DNA of 64,000 bases from the human T2T-CHM13v2.0 reference genome, Homo sapiens. The translations under genes and the position numbers were made by a program. The stretch lies in NCBI RefSeq assembly GCF_009914755.1, contig NC_060937.1. One strand, given 5' to 3'. Under the pieces are notes generated by a model. The model was not told the origin of the DNA. It made no database searches and worked only from the letters and a program-made list of their open reading frames with translations. This document shows positions 48,001 through 64,000 of the stretch, one piece after another. Numbering within the stretch: position 1 is the first letter of the stretch; every line of letters begins with the position of its first letter.

Positions 48001-49894
48001 AATTATAAGCAAACACTTGTTCTCTGGCCACCATAGACACTAATGTAATTACTTTGTTATACATAAAAAAAATTTTGGAAAGTTGAACTCTGAAAGGATC
48101 TAAAAGAATAATAGGCATGGAGATATCATCTGATCATTAATATATAAAAACCTCTGAAAGTTTATTATTATCAAGTTAGGTTAATAAATCAAACACATTG
48201 TCTTACATAGTAGAGAAATCAGAAAAAAATCTCTATTACTAATATAGACTTGGAACTCTTTAAAGAGGTTTCCATTTTCAAAAGAAGACATATTTTTGCA
48301 TGATTCTGAATTGTACCCTAAAGATTCCCTCATTTTCTATCTCTGTTGTCTCTACATTTGGAAATTTACCTATGTGCCTTTGGGTATGACTATTAAGATG
48401 TGTGCTCCATGAGGGCAAATAACTTTTCTGTGTTTAGTGTTTAGGTTAGTTCACTAGGTCCTCAGTGTCAAGAGCAGCCTCTGGCACCTAGTAGATGCTC
48501 AAATACATCTGTTGAATGATTGAATAATGTATAAATGCTGTTAGATGGCAGCTCATGAGCTGCTTTCTAAAAAAAAAAAAAAAACTTGCAGAGAAAGAAA
48601 CTTTTCTAAAAGGCTCACATAATTTAGCAATTGATATCTCCAATTAACAAATCAAGTTTGTAAAGCTTGGTAATATAATTTCTTGTCAATTTCTCCTTTC
48701 TTTAAGTGCCCATTTGAGCTGATAGAACATACGCCCCAGATCCCCCAAACAGGCCACGTTACTCTTTCCTACCTGCAGAACATAAATACAGTGCTGGATG
48801 GAGACCTCCCTGGTTATTCTGCTAACCTCAGCCACTTCTCTAAGCTCAAGTGTTGCAATTAATTATACATTTATTTCCAGTTACTGAACATTTTATGTTG
48901 TTCTATGTATGTTGCTGAATTGTGAGCTGTGATACATTCTAATCTTCCTGAAATCAGGTGTCTGCTCAGACGGCTTCTTAACGGTGTTCTGGGCAAGCAG
49001 TGCCTAAACTCTCCTGTTAATTGACTGATTCGCTTCTGCTTATATTCTAGAATTCTCAGTGTCTGCTGCATTACATGGCTCAAAGGCATCTAAAAAGATC
49101 CTTCTTCCTCTTTCTGCTTGGTATTAAACTCAACACTGTAGGGCTCAAAGCATCTCGTTAATGAATGTGATAGGAGTAAAATAAGGGGCTGGGTGACATG
49201 ATCACTACTGTTCTTTCTGTCTCTAACATCCCATGTTTCTGAGGGTCCAAGTAGAGTCGGGGCCCAAAAGAGGAATTTTTAAATCTCACCCTTTGAAAGC
49301 CTGAATGAAATGACATGCTCATTAGCCACACATCAAAGGTGTCAATTGACTGGCTAACTGGTACCACTCACGTTGAGCCTGAGGACAGTGAATGACAGAT
49401 ACAGTCCCATGTGTAGCAACACAAACTGAAGAGCTCTGATGTGAACGCATGGGAATCAGTCCTAGCCATGAATAACATCGAGCAGCACGGTGCTTTACAG
49501 GCAGATCTAGCTTCAACTTAATGCAGAGTGAAGGTTGACTTTATTCTACTCATGCCTTCGAAGAATCACAGAGCCTGCGGTAATAGGCACCAATTCTGAA
49601 TTCTGGCCCTGTTTATCACACCTTATAAGCCCCAGACTAGTCATTGCTTTTTCTGCAACCGTGCATTTGAGAGTTGTGAGAATTGATTGAATATGTAAAA
49701 TCTTAGTACACAGTGTGTGCTCAAAAACTGCATGCACTTCCCTTACTATGATTCCAAAGACTGCGTCTCAAACAATAGAGGGCATAGCTCAAGTGCCTAG
49801 ATGAGCAAGCCCCTCTCCAAGGAGTGCTAATAGAATGTTCTTCCCCAAACTCACACTTTGATAGGAAACTACATTGTCATTTTCCCATTTGTGA

Positions 49895-50317
<423 letters not shown>

Positions 50318-50709
50318 TGAAATTTCTACCAGACTCCCCTCACCCCCATCAAAATCCTGAGTTCACCTACTGAGTTACACAGAAGCATACAATTTACATT
50401 TAGTGAAAGTAATATTACCTGTAATTAGCGAATCACTTTCATCTATTGTATTTTAATAACTTGCTGCCCATCTTTCTTTTCAATTTGAACAATAGGAGAC
50501 GCGCCTCTCAGTTGTCGGTGAATTAATGACACTGTTACCAAAAGGGTAAATTTAGCAAGAGAACTGTACTCTTAAATAATGTGTCTGAAAAGCAGCAATG
50601 AGGGAGCTTGTAAAACAGTTATAGAGATTATTTACACCAGTCACATTACAGTTTAAAGCGGCTTCACGCCGCGTGTGAAAAGAAACAAATAGCTCAAAGT
50701 GAGTGGCTA

Positions 50710-50874
<165 letters not shown>

Positions 50875-50880
50875 TCATCA

Positions 50881-51249
<369 letters not shown>

Positions 51250-51814
51250 CTATATGGCATTCGTTTGCTAAATCATAACAATGCATCAATGTGTTATAAT
51301 TGATTGTGTTCATTAGGTAATGATGGGGTGATCTCAATGTAAAACAGCTCTAGTTCTAGCTTGAGAGGTTCTGCAACATTTCTACCTTGTCCTGATTACC
51401 CTGAGGACTGGACAGATGATTTTATCGATTTGCACAAAGAAGCATTGGATTTTGGATGTGGATTTTGAAATAGTTTTGTAACTGAAAATCTTTCGAAAGG
51501 CATAAATTACAATTGCCTGTGTTAGTATAGAAAGTGTAGAGTAGAATTTAGTCACTTTATTTCACTTTGTGTCATCATGGTGAACACAGGGCTGGAAAGT
51601 AGTGATGCATTTAGAGGTCACTGAGACGGCAAGAGGTGTTTGCTTGTAGTATGTATTTTTCCAAATTACTCTCTTCCAGTTGGATTTTTTCTTATTAACT
51701 CTGAGTCTTCTCAGTGGACTCTTAGTCTGGTCCCCTTTATGGGTGGTATGCTTTCTACCTCCACCGCTGATTCCTGATTCCTGAAACTCATTGGCTTATT
51801 CATTTTCTGTTTTC

Positions 51815-52037
51815 TTATAGATTTGGGGGGTACACGTGCAGGCTTGTTACATGGGTGTATTGCATAATGCTGGGGTTTGAGCTTCTAATGAACCCATTAC
51901 TCAGATAGTGCACGCAGAATCCAACAGGTAATTTTTCCAACCTATGACCTCCTTCCTTCCTCCTCCCATTTGAAGTCCCCGCTGTCCAGAGTTTCCAACT
52001 TTATGTCGAGGTGTACCCACTGTTTAGCTCCCACTTC
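51815..52037 (-). mobile_element. Short L1PA/L1PB 3' end fragment
   Basis: gggtacacgtgcaggcttgttacatgggt...tgtttagctcccactt. Confidence 0.8.
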
Positions 52038-55000
52038 TGTGGGGGCCAGGGATGTCTCATTTCTTGTTCTTTTAACATGGTTATACTTTTCTCTTCCCAA
52101 TTATAAAAGTGATCCTTTTTACTAGATTGCATCTTCTTTAATTGTTATGGTTCTTAGCTAACATTTTTGTTGTTAATAGAAGAAGCTTTCAGTGGCTTTT
52201 CCCCCTCTTTCCTTCTTATTAGAGGCTAATTTTAAATAATTAAGATTTTGATAACCAAACACTGGAAAATCATGGACTATATTTCTTGAATTTAATGAAG
52301 AACTGAGCTCCGGACCACTGACTAGAGTAGGCCCCTTGGAGCCTATTTAAATTATATTTTGATCATTTTTTCCCCCTGCTAGCTCATTTCTCAAAATTTA
52401 ACCCTCAGGACAGGCAACGCTCTAGGGAAAATCTGGTTCTGTACTTTTCTACCATCTTTTATGTTTTTTAAACTATAGAGACAATCACAAGATGTGCCTT
52501 CATAAGTTTTTTGAATATTAAATAGATGAGGATATAAGAAGAAAACATTAAACTGAAACTGATTTGTTCTTAAGGGCTTAGGGCTGATTAGCGGAGACGG
52601 TCTTTAATATAGTGCAAAAGCCCCACTCAGAAATGCATATTTTGGAATTCTGCTTTATATTTTTTTATGTATGAAAGTACAAATATATTCTTTTGGATGC
52701 TTCCAACAATCTTTCCTTTGGGATGTTTCCACTAAATTTCATATATTTTACAGTAGACAGAAGTTATAAGGATTCTACAGATGCCACAGTTTGCTTGAAT
52801 AAGGATTTTTTACAAGCAAGTGAACCGGTTCTCAGAGCCGGTGTTGGACTTCCTTACCTGCTCATTTTCTTTTGTAGAAGTGCTTTCTTAGCTGAATTTG
52901 CAGCCACTGAAACTACTGTTATGTTCTAGATCTTCTAGAAGTTAGAATATGTGAAAAATATTCTAACTAAACCAAGTAAAACAAAATGTAGCATCAAAGA
53001 CTTCAATAGTTGGAAGAATTTATCACATTAAAAAAATAAGTCTTTTTCAGTTTTAATCATGTAAAGTGTTTTCTTATGCTTTCTTCATGCTAGCAAAGTT
53101 GCAAAGTTTGAAACTTTACCTGTAACTACAGAGTCCTTCAATAAATCCCAAATGTCATCTATTATTGTCATTTTTACCTGCTACCCTTCCTTGAATTGAA
53201 AAGGTTGTCATTTTTTCTGGTTAATTTGTGAAATATTGTAATCTTGCCTGTCCAATTCAGAAAACTAAGACATTAGATCTGACCACATAATTTTGTCAGT
53301 TTTTTACCTCCCAGAGGAGGTGCTCCAAGGCCCCCCAAGATCAAGGTAGGGAGAGCTGCTCTTCCCTTGGGGAACATGGGGGCACCCTGAAGACGTGACT
53401 GAGCGTCTGCCCTTGGATGTGGAAATGCAGAAAAAGACTTTGTCCAAAAACGGCATGCTGTATCTTACACAACCATCTCTCCTAAAAGAAATCAGAAACG
53501 TCGTACTTCCTACAGCACCCCAACGCTTTTTGCCTTGAGCTTTGGGCATAGAGTTGCCTTAACTTGTAATACCAAACCTATGCCTAGACTTTCCTCCTCA
53601 CCTGCCTCTGACCCTGCCCCCTTCACCTGGCTAGTTCCTATTGGTTGTCCTTCAAAAGGTAACCAGTGTGTCTTCTCATCTGGTCCTTCTCTTTGGCCCT
53701 GCATAGTTGGGGTTAGGTGCTTCTCCTGTGTGTCCATTGTACCCTTAGCCTTTCTGTAGGAATCAGAGGCAGGTATATGATGAAGCCAAAGAAACCTAAG
53801 GGGTAGGACCCCTCTTTTGTACAGGCCCTTCTGAGATGTTGGTACCCCAAATTGTTTGGGCCTTAGACCCTATAAAACCTGATCACCTTCTTCCTAGAAC
53901 ATATCACAGTGTAGCTTAACATTACATGGAGATGAGTTTCGGGTGAGCCAGAGGTAAGCTTAGGGGCTTCTCTGTGCAGCATTAAAGCCCTTAGCATATT
54001 ATATAAAATTATTTGTAATTTTATTTTCTGTTTCCCACTAGACTTTAAGCTCCTAAGGGGTAGGGGCCATCGCTTATTCAGGGCCTTACCACAGTGACAA
54101 GCATACTAGCTGGTGAAGAGCAAGCACTCAATAAATACATTTATTATAAGCCTGAATACTTTGTTAGTTTTTCTCCCATGCATGCCATTTTCCTATATTC
54201 CAGACCTCCTCTTAAAATAAATCACACTGTATTTATAATCCATGATATGTTTAATCCTTTTTACTGAGGTGACTCATCAAGTCTGAGTGATTCAGAAGAA
54301 AGTACATTTATTAATCTGAAGAGAGAATATTGAAACTAGACTGTCTCCTGAATTAGTGCATATTTATGTCCTAATTATAATTACCAAAGCATTCCTCTAG
54401 TGTATTCCTAGATATGTTATTTTCTTAATCATAATTTAGCCAATATAAAATTACAAAATTTCAGCTTCCAACTCTTGATTAGCTTACTTAAGAAGGAAAG
54501 TGTAAAAAGTTATCATGGTTACAGATGACATTTATTAGATCGAAGGTGTCTATTTCACTACAATCCAAGTCACATTATCCTGGAGAAATGGACAAGAGCA
54601 CTTGTGATGATGTTCAAGGAATGCCTGGCTATTTGCTTATGCTTCTAGAATGGCATTGCCTTTGAAACCCCTAATAATACCTTCCATAAAATATTGCATT
54701 TAAATTAACTTTGATTTTAAAAATCCCATGTAGCTGGTTTTATGGACTAGGTTGAGTGCTATAGGGCACAACTGGCAGGTTTACTTTTCTCCAAACACTA
54801 CCTTCAAGTGTGTTCCAGCTCCCTGTCTGAATTCTTGGGGAGGTCCCAGAGCTTTTTGGTTATTTTCAGTAATTCAGTTTTACATCCAACTGATCCTATA
54901 ACTCATATAACAATCCCATCCTTAGCAGCTCAAGGACCCCGGTTTGAGGAAAGGAAGAAAAGTTGGCCACTTTCTTCACTTCCACTCATCCTCTTCAGGC

Positions 55001-56661
55001 CACCACGAGATTCTCACATGACTGAGGTGGGATGTCGTTGAAAGGAATGGAGGAATGGAGTTTAAGTCTTGTGCATCTGATACAATTGGATTCTGGCCAT
55101 AGGTGTTCAAGAGTTTGAACCCCCTCTCCAGCCCAGGAGTGCCTCATTGCACCTTTTCTCCTGTAAGTGTGCAGTCTCTGGGTGATTCTCAAGTCTGGCT
55201 CCTGGAAACACACCTACGGACCCTTTGGAGGGCGGTACCCTTTCCCAGCACAAAGCCCTTTGCCGCAAGGCTCAAGAGGACTCAGATGATGTGGCCCTAG
55301 GCAGTGACTACTGGGCTCTCCAGGAACACCAGATAACCCTGCTCTCCAGATGGTGATGAGCAGCCTGGCCACAAGAGTCTCTCTTCTTGCCCTGCCCATC
55401 TCTGACGTTAAGTGATCCCCCTGGGGTACCTCACTTGGCAGAGGTGGGAGGCACCCTCTACCTTTCTCTATAGTGAAGGAAATGAAATGCCCCAGTGTTC
55501 TCTATTCCTGACTACATTTACTTCCATGATATTATCTTTGAATTAATAAAAATTAATAAATTATAACATAAATAACTTTATGCTATAATTAATTTTTATC
55601 TCATGGAAGAAAATTTTTATGCTCCTTTAATTTTTATTTCAATGGAAATTGGACGGCTTTTCTAGTCAGCAGTGGGGCCAGGATATTCTCATGTCTCACA
55701 TTCCTCTCTCTCCAAGCTGAAGCCACATACCCCAAATGAATCCTTTTTCTCAGTTCTTGGATATTTTAAAAAATAAAAACCCAATATGCATTCTATTGGA
55801 TTACGTATAAAAGCGAATTTCATATGAGAAAAATGCCAAAGAGAGGTAACAGTGAGTGCTAGGGTACAGCTGGGTGAAATGCTGTTCCTTTTAAAGAGTT
55901 TTGACATTTAGAAAAGAACATCAATTGTGACAAAAGCAGAGGTGCTGTGACTCAGTTGTTATTCTTACACATTTTCTAAAAGAAAACTTAAAAAACAGAT
56001 AACAATTTTAAAGGACAAATGAAGGTGACAGAACACTCAGTTCACCAATGACACAGACTGAGAGATTCACTCATGGTCATTAATAAAATAAGAAAGAAGG
56101 TACTAGGTATTTCTAGCTTTGATCTAAGTGCTTTGAAAACTCAATTTAAAGAAAAAGGAATATTAAAGGGAAAGTTAGAAGCAATCAACTGTGTCACTGA
56201 TTATTCCTCTCTAGTGTTTCAATAATGGAAGTCCTTCAGTGTAAATGGGTTTTAAAATGGAAATAGCTTTATGATTTAGGGTTCTATTATGAGGACATCA
56301 GATCCTCCTTTAAAGATATAAACTCAGGATAAGTTTAGTTTTAATTTGACAGAAAATCCTGTTAAGCCTAATTTTTTAAGGCATTTGAATCCAGATACAT
56401 ATTTCTGAAGTATTAGAAAAATACTGAGATAATATTTCTCTAGTTTCATGAAGCTATATAGAACTCATTGCACTACTTGCTCTCTTATTTTTTACCTTAT
56501 TTCTATCTTCCAATATAATCTAGCGCTTCGCCCTGTATGACTTAAGATCATTTTAACATCTCTAGCAAAACTACTTTTAGTTACATGCCATATGATACTT
56601 ATTTAAAGCCTTATATTGACAAACACACCGTTCTTCAGAATATTTTTTTATGATATACTTA

Positions 56662-56769
<108 letters not shown>

Positions 56770-56969
56770 CTAAAGTAGAAAAACAAGAGGAGAGGGGAAA
56801 CCTGGTCAGAAAATGAACTCAGAAAAGATAAAGGATAGGAAACTCTTTCTTCTTTCACGGAATCCCAAAAGCCCTTTATCTAACAACAGTGATGTGGACA
56901 GCTACCCAGCAAATAGTAACAAAGACTTTGGAGACAGGCAGTTAAAAATCGATGCTGAGAATATTACTT

Positions 56970-57840
56970 AAATGAGCAAAGGACCTGAGTAGACACTTCT
57001 CCAAGGAAGATATGCAAATGGCCAAAAAGCACACGACAAGATGCTCAGTATCATGTGCCATCTGCCATCCGGAAAATGCAAATCAAAACCATAATGATAT
57101 ATCACCTCACACCCACTGAGAAAGCCATAACCAAAAAGTCAGATAACAACAAGCATTGGCGAGGATGTGGAGGAATCGCAATCCTCATACTGGAACCCTT
57201 ACATACTGGTGGGGATGTAGAATGGTGCAACCACTTTGGAAAACATTCTAGCAGGTCCTCAAACCACTAACACAGAGTTACCATATGAGCCAGCAACTCC
57301 ACTCCTAGGTATCTACCCAAGAGAGATGAAAATATATGTCCCTATAGAAACTTGTATAAAATGTTTATATAAGCATTATTCACAATAGCCAAAAGGTGGA
57401 AACAATCCAGATGTCCATTTTTGAACAAACAGATAAACAAAATGTGGTCCAACCATACAAGTGAATATTATTCAGCCATAGGAAGGGATGAAGTCCTGAT
57501 ACGTGCTACAACATGGAGGATCCTTGAAAATATTATGCTAATTGAGAAAAAAGTCACAAAAGACCATATGTTATGATTTTATTCATATAGAAGTCCAGAA
57601 CAGTGAACTCTATAGAGACAAAAAGAATATTAGTTGTTGTTTAGGTCTTGAGGTGGAGGCTAAAGGGATGGGGGTAACAGTTAAGAGACATAGGGTTTCT
57701 TTTCAAGGAGATACAAATGTTCTAAAAGTGGCTGTCGTGTATACAACTCTATGAATACGCTAAAAAACCATTGAATTGAACACTTGAAGTGGGTGTATTG
57801 TGTGGTATGTGGATTACATCTCAATAAAGCTGTTAAAAAG
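56970..57840 (+). mobile_element. L1MB-like 3' fragment
   Basis: agacacttctccaaggaagatatgcaaatggcc...ccactcctaggtatctacccaagaga...ctcaataaagctgttaaaaa. Confidence 0.85.
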
Positions 57841-58599
57841 GTTTTAAAAATTAAACATCTATAGGAAGTTTTTGACTCATTTCCTATTCTCCCTTTGGTT
57901 ATTTTTGTTTCTTTGGCTATGATGGTCATATTTTGAACCTAAATCTCTTTTCTGGGTTCAAGGTGTAGATGGTAAAATTCTTGATCACTGTTTGAATATT
58001 TCAACAAAAATTCCATTTTAATCTGCTTCACGTCCTCTTTGACCCTAAGCCATGTCTCCTCTTGGCCTCCTCCTTTCTGTCCCTGGACCAGCATCCCAGC
58101 AGCAGCCCAGCATCAGGCTTAGGGTTCCCTGGGCTTTCCCTGTCCTTCTTGGCCCAAGTCTCCATTCTTACTACGATGAGTTTAGTAATGCCAACGTTAC
58201 TTCTTTCTGGATTACCAGCATGATTCTTTAAAATAAGAATATTTTAATGCAAATAACACATCTTTAATTTATAAAGCCTGGACAAATAAAAGGAAGAAAA
58301 CTTACCCACAATTGCCACAGACAAACACAATGAACGTTTTGGAGTATATCCTTCCAGTCTTTTTTCCTATATGTATCTGAGCTCATAAAGTTTATATTCT
58401 TCCATCGCCCACTTTTTTCAGCTAAAACTACATTGCGATTATCTTTCCATAACCATACCTTTTTATGTAGAACATTATTTGGAAAGGCTGTGTTGTAGTG
58501 TATTGTATAAAGGTCCCTTGACATATTTGGCCTCACTGCCTTTTCCAATTTGTCTTCCTGAACCCACCTGAGCCCACCTTTGATTGCATGAAGCAGTCT

Positions 58600-58930
58600 G
58601 GTATCTTGGTGAAAAGCCAGGGTGCCTGGACACTAGTTCCCTGCTTCTCCACTTATTAGGTGGGTGACCTTGGACAAATTATTTAATCTTTCTACACCTG
58701 TTTTCCTCATTAGGAATGGATATCCTCATTAGGATATGGGTAACAAAAACAGCACTAGGAATGGTGCTTTGTACTTTGTGGGCACTAGGATGTGTCTGAT
58801 TCCTCTTCTTACCAACCTTTTGTGGTTTCTCACTTCTCATCAACGAAATTCCAAACCCCTTAGCCAGGCATTTCAGGCACTTGAGGATCTCTCCCTAACT
58901 TACATTTCTGGCCTTGTTCTTCAGTTTTTT
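58600..58930 (+). mobile_element. MIR fragment followed by an L2 fragment
   Basis: gtgaccttggacaaattatttaatctt (MIR core); ccaaaccccttagccaggcattt (L2). Confidence 0.55.
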
Positions 58931-61674
58931 CCTACATGGGCGGGAATGAAATTAACACTCACTGTTGAGATCAGGTTAGGTACTTCGCATAAACAAGGTA
59001 ATCTAATCTTCATAATATCATTGTGTGAGAAGCATTCAAGGCAGAAATAGGTTCCAGAAGGATTAAGTGACCAGACCAGGCCATCACCTCTCCTGAAGCA
59101 GGATTCCAATCTCAGAAGCTGTGATTTCGAAGCCCATGCTCCTTCCTCCTTGTTCGGTCCCTGCCTCTACACTGTGACCCTTCTTTGTATGCTCCGTGTC
59201 CTTCTTCACTGCTTGCTCTCCTTGGAAGGTCCTTTCCTGCTCATCTCAAATCCCACCTCCTCCCTGAAGCCCTCCCAGTACAGTACTCCCAGTTGGAAGC
59301 ACAATTTCCCATGCTGACATCATAGATTACATGTTATTTCTGCTTCTCATAGGCTTTTGAAAACTGCTGACTTTATATTACTGTTGCTTGAACATGAAAC
59401 ACGTTCTGATTGGACAGAAAATGCCACAAAACAGAAGCAAGGACCTCCTAATGTTTCCCTTCCACATTTCATTTCACCTATCACAGTGCCTTGGACACAA
59501 CTGACATTTAATGACTATTTGTCAAAAGGTATCCTCAGCGTTTGTTTACAGGGTTTTGGTGACAAAGTCCTAGGCTCCATATCTATATCTATATTGATCT
59601 CATGACATCTGTTGAGTTTTAAGACAACAAACAAAGGAGCAGAGGGAGGAAGTGCTCAGCCTCATACAAGAAAACACATCTTCCCAACTGGAAACTATGG
59701 GCGCAGCAACTGAAGCTTCGTTGTCTTTAACAGGAACTGTGTGTGATCTAAATGTTGGTGTATCTACTTTCCCCCTTTCTTTGGATTTATCTCTTCTTTT
59801 AGTAAGATGGGCTGAAGTTCTCCAACAGAACTTCAGCCGACGTCACCTTCACTCATGGCGTTTTTGGCCTCGGCCTCGGCCTCTTATGTTTGGATTTGAG
59901 AAGACAAAAAGACTCAAGCCCCGTCTCACCGTGCCAATTTCTTTTCAATCGTTCTGCTTGGTGCTGGTGCTCTCTATGATGGCTGAGTCTCCTTAGGCTT
60001 TCCATCTGAGCCTCGCACAGACCTCACTGCTCTAGGAAACAGGATAAATGCATCATGAAATCTGTGTCTATGCTCATCTGCTGGCTGCTGTCACCATCAA
60101 TCTTCAGCTTTGGCTGGGTATGAGTGGATAATGTAAAATCACCATGCTCTTAGGCCACTGTTAATATACTGAGTCATCCAAGATTCCTAGCAGGCTTCAT
60201 CCTGAAGTGTTATTATCTTTCTGGCCTCTGTTCAGTGTGGATCAAAAATCACTCTTCTTTCCACACACAAGCTTGTGGATGAATGCGTCAGGTCTCTGTC
60301 ACTTTCTTTATCAGCTAATTTGATACGGCATGACCGTCAGGCCACATTCCTTGTTCTGTCTTCTCAGGTGTATCAAAGCTCTTGGAATGTCTCTCCCAGT
60401 CTGGCCTTTGTTTCAAATTCTCATTATTAATATAATTTATAATGTATTTTGGCTGAACAAAGATGTTACCTGTATTTTGTCACAATTAGAGAACAATTTG
60501 TATCATTTAAAATCTATACTAGATAGCCATATTTGCTAGAAATAAATAATGTAGTTCAGGTCTAGTAGGCCTTTTGAAGATATACATTTAGGAACTGAGG
60601 CATCATTTTATTGGGATCAAAGAGAAAATGCTTTTCTAGTTTATACATCAGCAGTGGTTGGTTTACTTTATGAATTTACTTGTAACATAAGAATCCTAAG
60701 AGAATGGGACACTTTATGATATTACAAAAATTGTCTAATTATTAACCAAACTGTGTCCCCCTTTTATTTTTCTGGAGCACACAACTAAATTCCAGCCCCC
60801 CTTGCAGTATCTCTGCTCTTTACAGAGGAATGTGGGTGGAGCAGATTCTCCCACAGCCCACTCAGTTGGAGATGGCTCTCCACTGTTATCTCCAGCTCAT
60901 TGAAGAAGGCTCTGAAGACATGGCAAAGGGTGGCGGCATAGGATAGAAGGCATGTGAGTCCCTGAGTGGTCATTTGGAGGAGAGCTGTATATAGTGTATA
61001 TATTGCAAATGTATATATTGCAACTGATCCAAGATGCAATATATACATTTCATTATGTGAAGCTACCGAAATATTGGGCTTGTTACAGCAGCTAGCCTTC
61101 CCTTATAACCAATGACTGAAGAAAGAGAAAGAAACGCCGTAGTGCAAGTATTCAAGTTTGGGTCTTTGTGGAGGTCCTTGTTGGTTGTCATAAAGAGGGA
61201 GATTCTGGGCAGCTAGAGCTAATGTAAAGGCACTGGCTTTCTAATGGGGAGAAAGCTGAGAGTGGGGAAGCAATAAAAAGTGGTGAGAACCAAACGCTGC
61301 TTCTTGGACATTTTTGCATGGGGCTGTTTGCTGATATGAGTCTTATGTGACAACAAAGGAAGGATCAAGTTAGCTAAGACCTCAAGGGAAAGTATCCAAA
61401 GCTTACAGCTGTAAACAGCTGGAATCTTGGGTGACCACGCTCAAGTTGTCAACAGTGGGTTGACACTGGAATAGGAGGGAAGAGTGACATTCTCTGAGGT
61501 GTGCTTTTCATCTTATTAACCTTTCTAGCCAGAAGAGACATATCACATGCTTAAGCAAAAAGGGGTTTGTGGGAAGAGAATTCTTAGGGTTTTATAGGGA
61601 GTTCTTAAACTAGGCTTGTCAGCCACTGGTACCACATGCTTGCCAAGGGAGTGTAAACACCTTATTATTATTTT

Positions 61675-61999
<325 letters not shown>

Positions 62000-62288
62000 T
62001 TAAATCTCTTGTTAAAGACTAAATATTAGGTTTGGTTTAAACAGTGACATAAATAGGACTTCTAAGATAACATTGTATAAAAATCATGGGTTTTTGATGA
62101 TATATTTTAACTTCTCCACCATAGGTCACACAATTAGCCTTACTGGAAGGTCAAAAGGAGAAAATTAACAAGCTTTGAATTTTTTAAATGGAAACATGAA
62201 TTTCATGTAAGAAAATGGAATAAGGTATTTTTGATATGGCTTGAACTTTTCTGACTTTAAAATCAACACCTTGATCTTTTTTATTTAA

Positions 62289-62703
<415 letters not shown>

Positions 62704-62992
62704 TGAGCGGGACAGTGGCTTAGCTGTCTTGTAACTGTGAAGGTGTGCGTTAGGAGAATGTTCTATGCATAGAGGAGAGGAGAGAATTCAGTCCTGAAGA
62801 GCAAATCTGTTAATTAACTCATGCTCCCTCTGCTGGCTGACTTCTTTGGTCTCAGCAGAGACGAGTGGCAGAGGGCAAAATATGGAACAAGTGAACTGCA
62901 CTGGTTGAATAACCTAAACATATACCTAAGTGTACTAAAATCACACTGACCACCATTAGGGAAAGGCACAAATTCTCCTCTAAAATTTATTA

Positions 62993-63394
<402 letters not shown>

Positions 63395-64000
63395 TCAGTA
63401 ATGATATATATACCTCTAGTAACATCACAATCTATCTTTAAAATACATTTGTGTCAACTACAACTACAGCTGTTTTCTCATCACAGGTAAGTCTCTAGAA
63501 AGCAAGATACAAAACAAGCCTATGTAAATTAATTCATGCTTCTCATGCACAAGCAGACCTCATCAATAATAAAAAAAACTTTTGATCACTGTTTTGTAAG
63601 GCAAAGATCTTTCTGTAACAGATTGTGAACAATGAGCCTCTTTCTTGTTGTTTTATCTCTGACCTTGTTTTCAGAAGACCCTAAATCAATGTTTGCCCAG
63701 CTAGAAAGTACGTTTTGCCCCCTCAATCATCTTTGTAATCACTCATTACTGTAATGCTGAAGTTAATTGAAGTGGGTTATACCTATATGTTGCATTTTTA
63801 AAGTTGTTTTATGTTAACACTCCTGAGATCTAAAGACAAATTCTGTGCTATATTATTTCAGGAACACACAGAATGAGATTAGGAGCCCAAATGCATGAAT
63901 TCCTAATCCCATTTGTGGAGTACACGGTGTTGAATCTTCTTATCCTTCATTTTCAGATGGGAGGAAACTAAAACCCAGAGTAGGAATTAGAGTCAAGAGG

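Noticed and set aside
50655-50682. GC palindrome gcggc-ttcac-gccgc near the exon 30 donor
   Set aside because: A 5-bp stem is expected by chance; nothing else supports it

Overview
Human (primate) genomic DNA, not prokaryotic. The minus strand carries the 3' part of NALCN (sodium leak channel). I traced 18 GT-AG coding exons, from 61978 to the TAG at 16411-16413. They splice into one open frame of 2160 nt (719 aa), running from repeat III S5 through the K and E selectivity-filter loops, repeat IV and the C-tail ending DDLLDI. A ~1.5 kb 3'UTR ends near AATAAA at 14911-14916. Exon numbers (27-44) and residue numbers assume the canonical 44-exon, 1738-aa model from memory. The rest is introns and 3' flank dense in transposable elements: a full-length dead L1PA, a full-length Tigger1 with nested AluY and THE1 LTR, a complete THE1 provirus, about 14 Alus, and MLT1, LTR16, MER, L2 and MIR relics. 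I see no new protein-coding system. The best leads are RNA-level hypotheses: a poison acceptor at the selectivity-filter exon, a cryptic terminal exon behind a 283-nt pyrimidine tract, a CU-repeat distant-branch-point exon, and an antisense exon over exon 43 that could be fed by the L1 antisense promoter. Repeat subfamily names were assigned by eye and need RepeatMasker confirmation.
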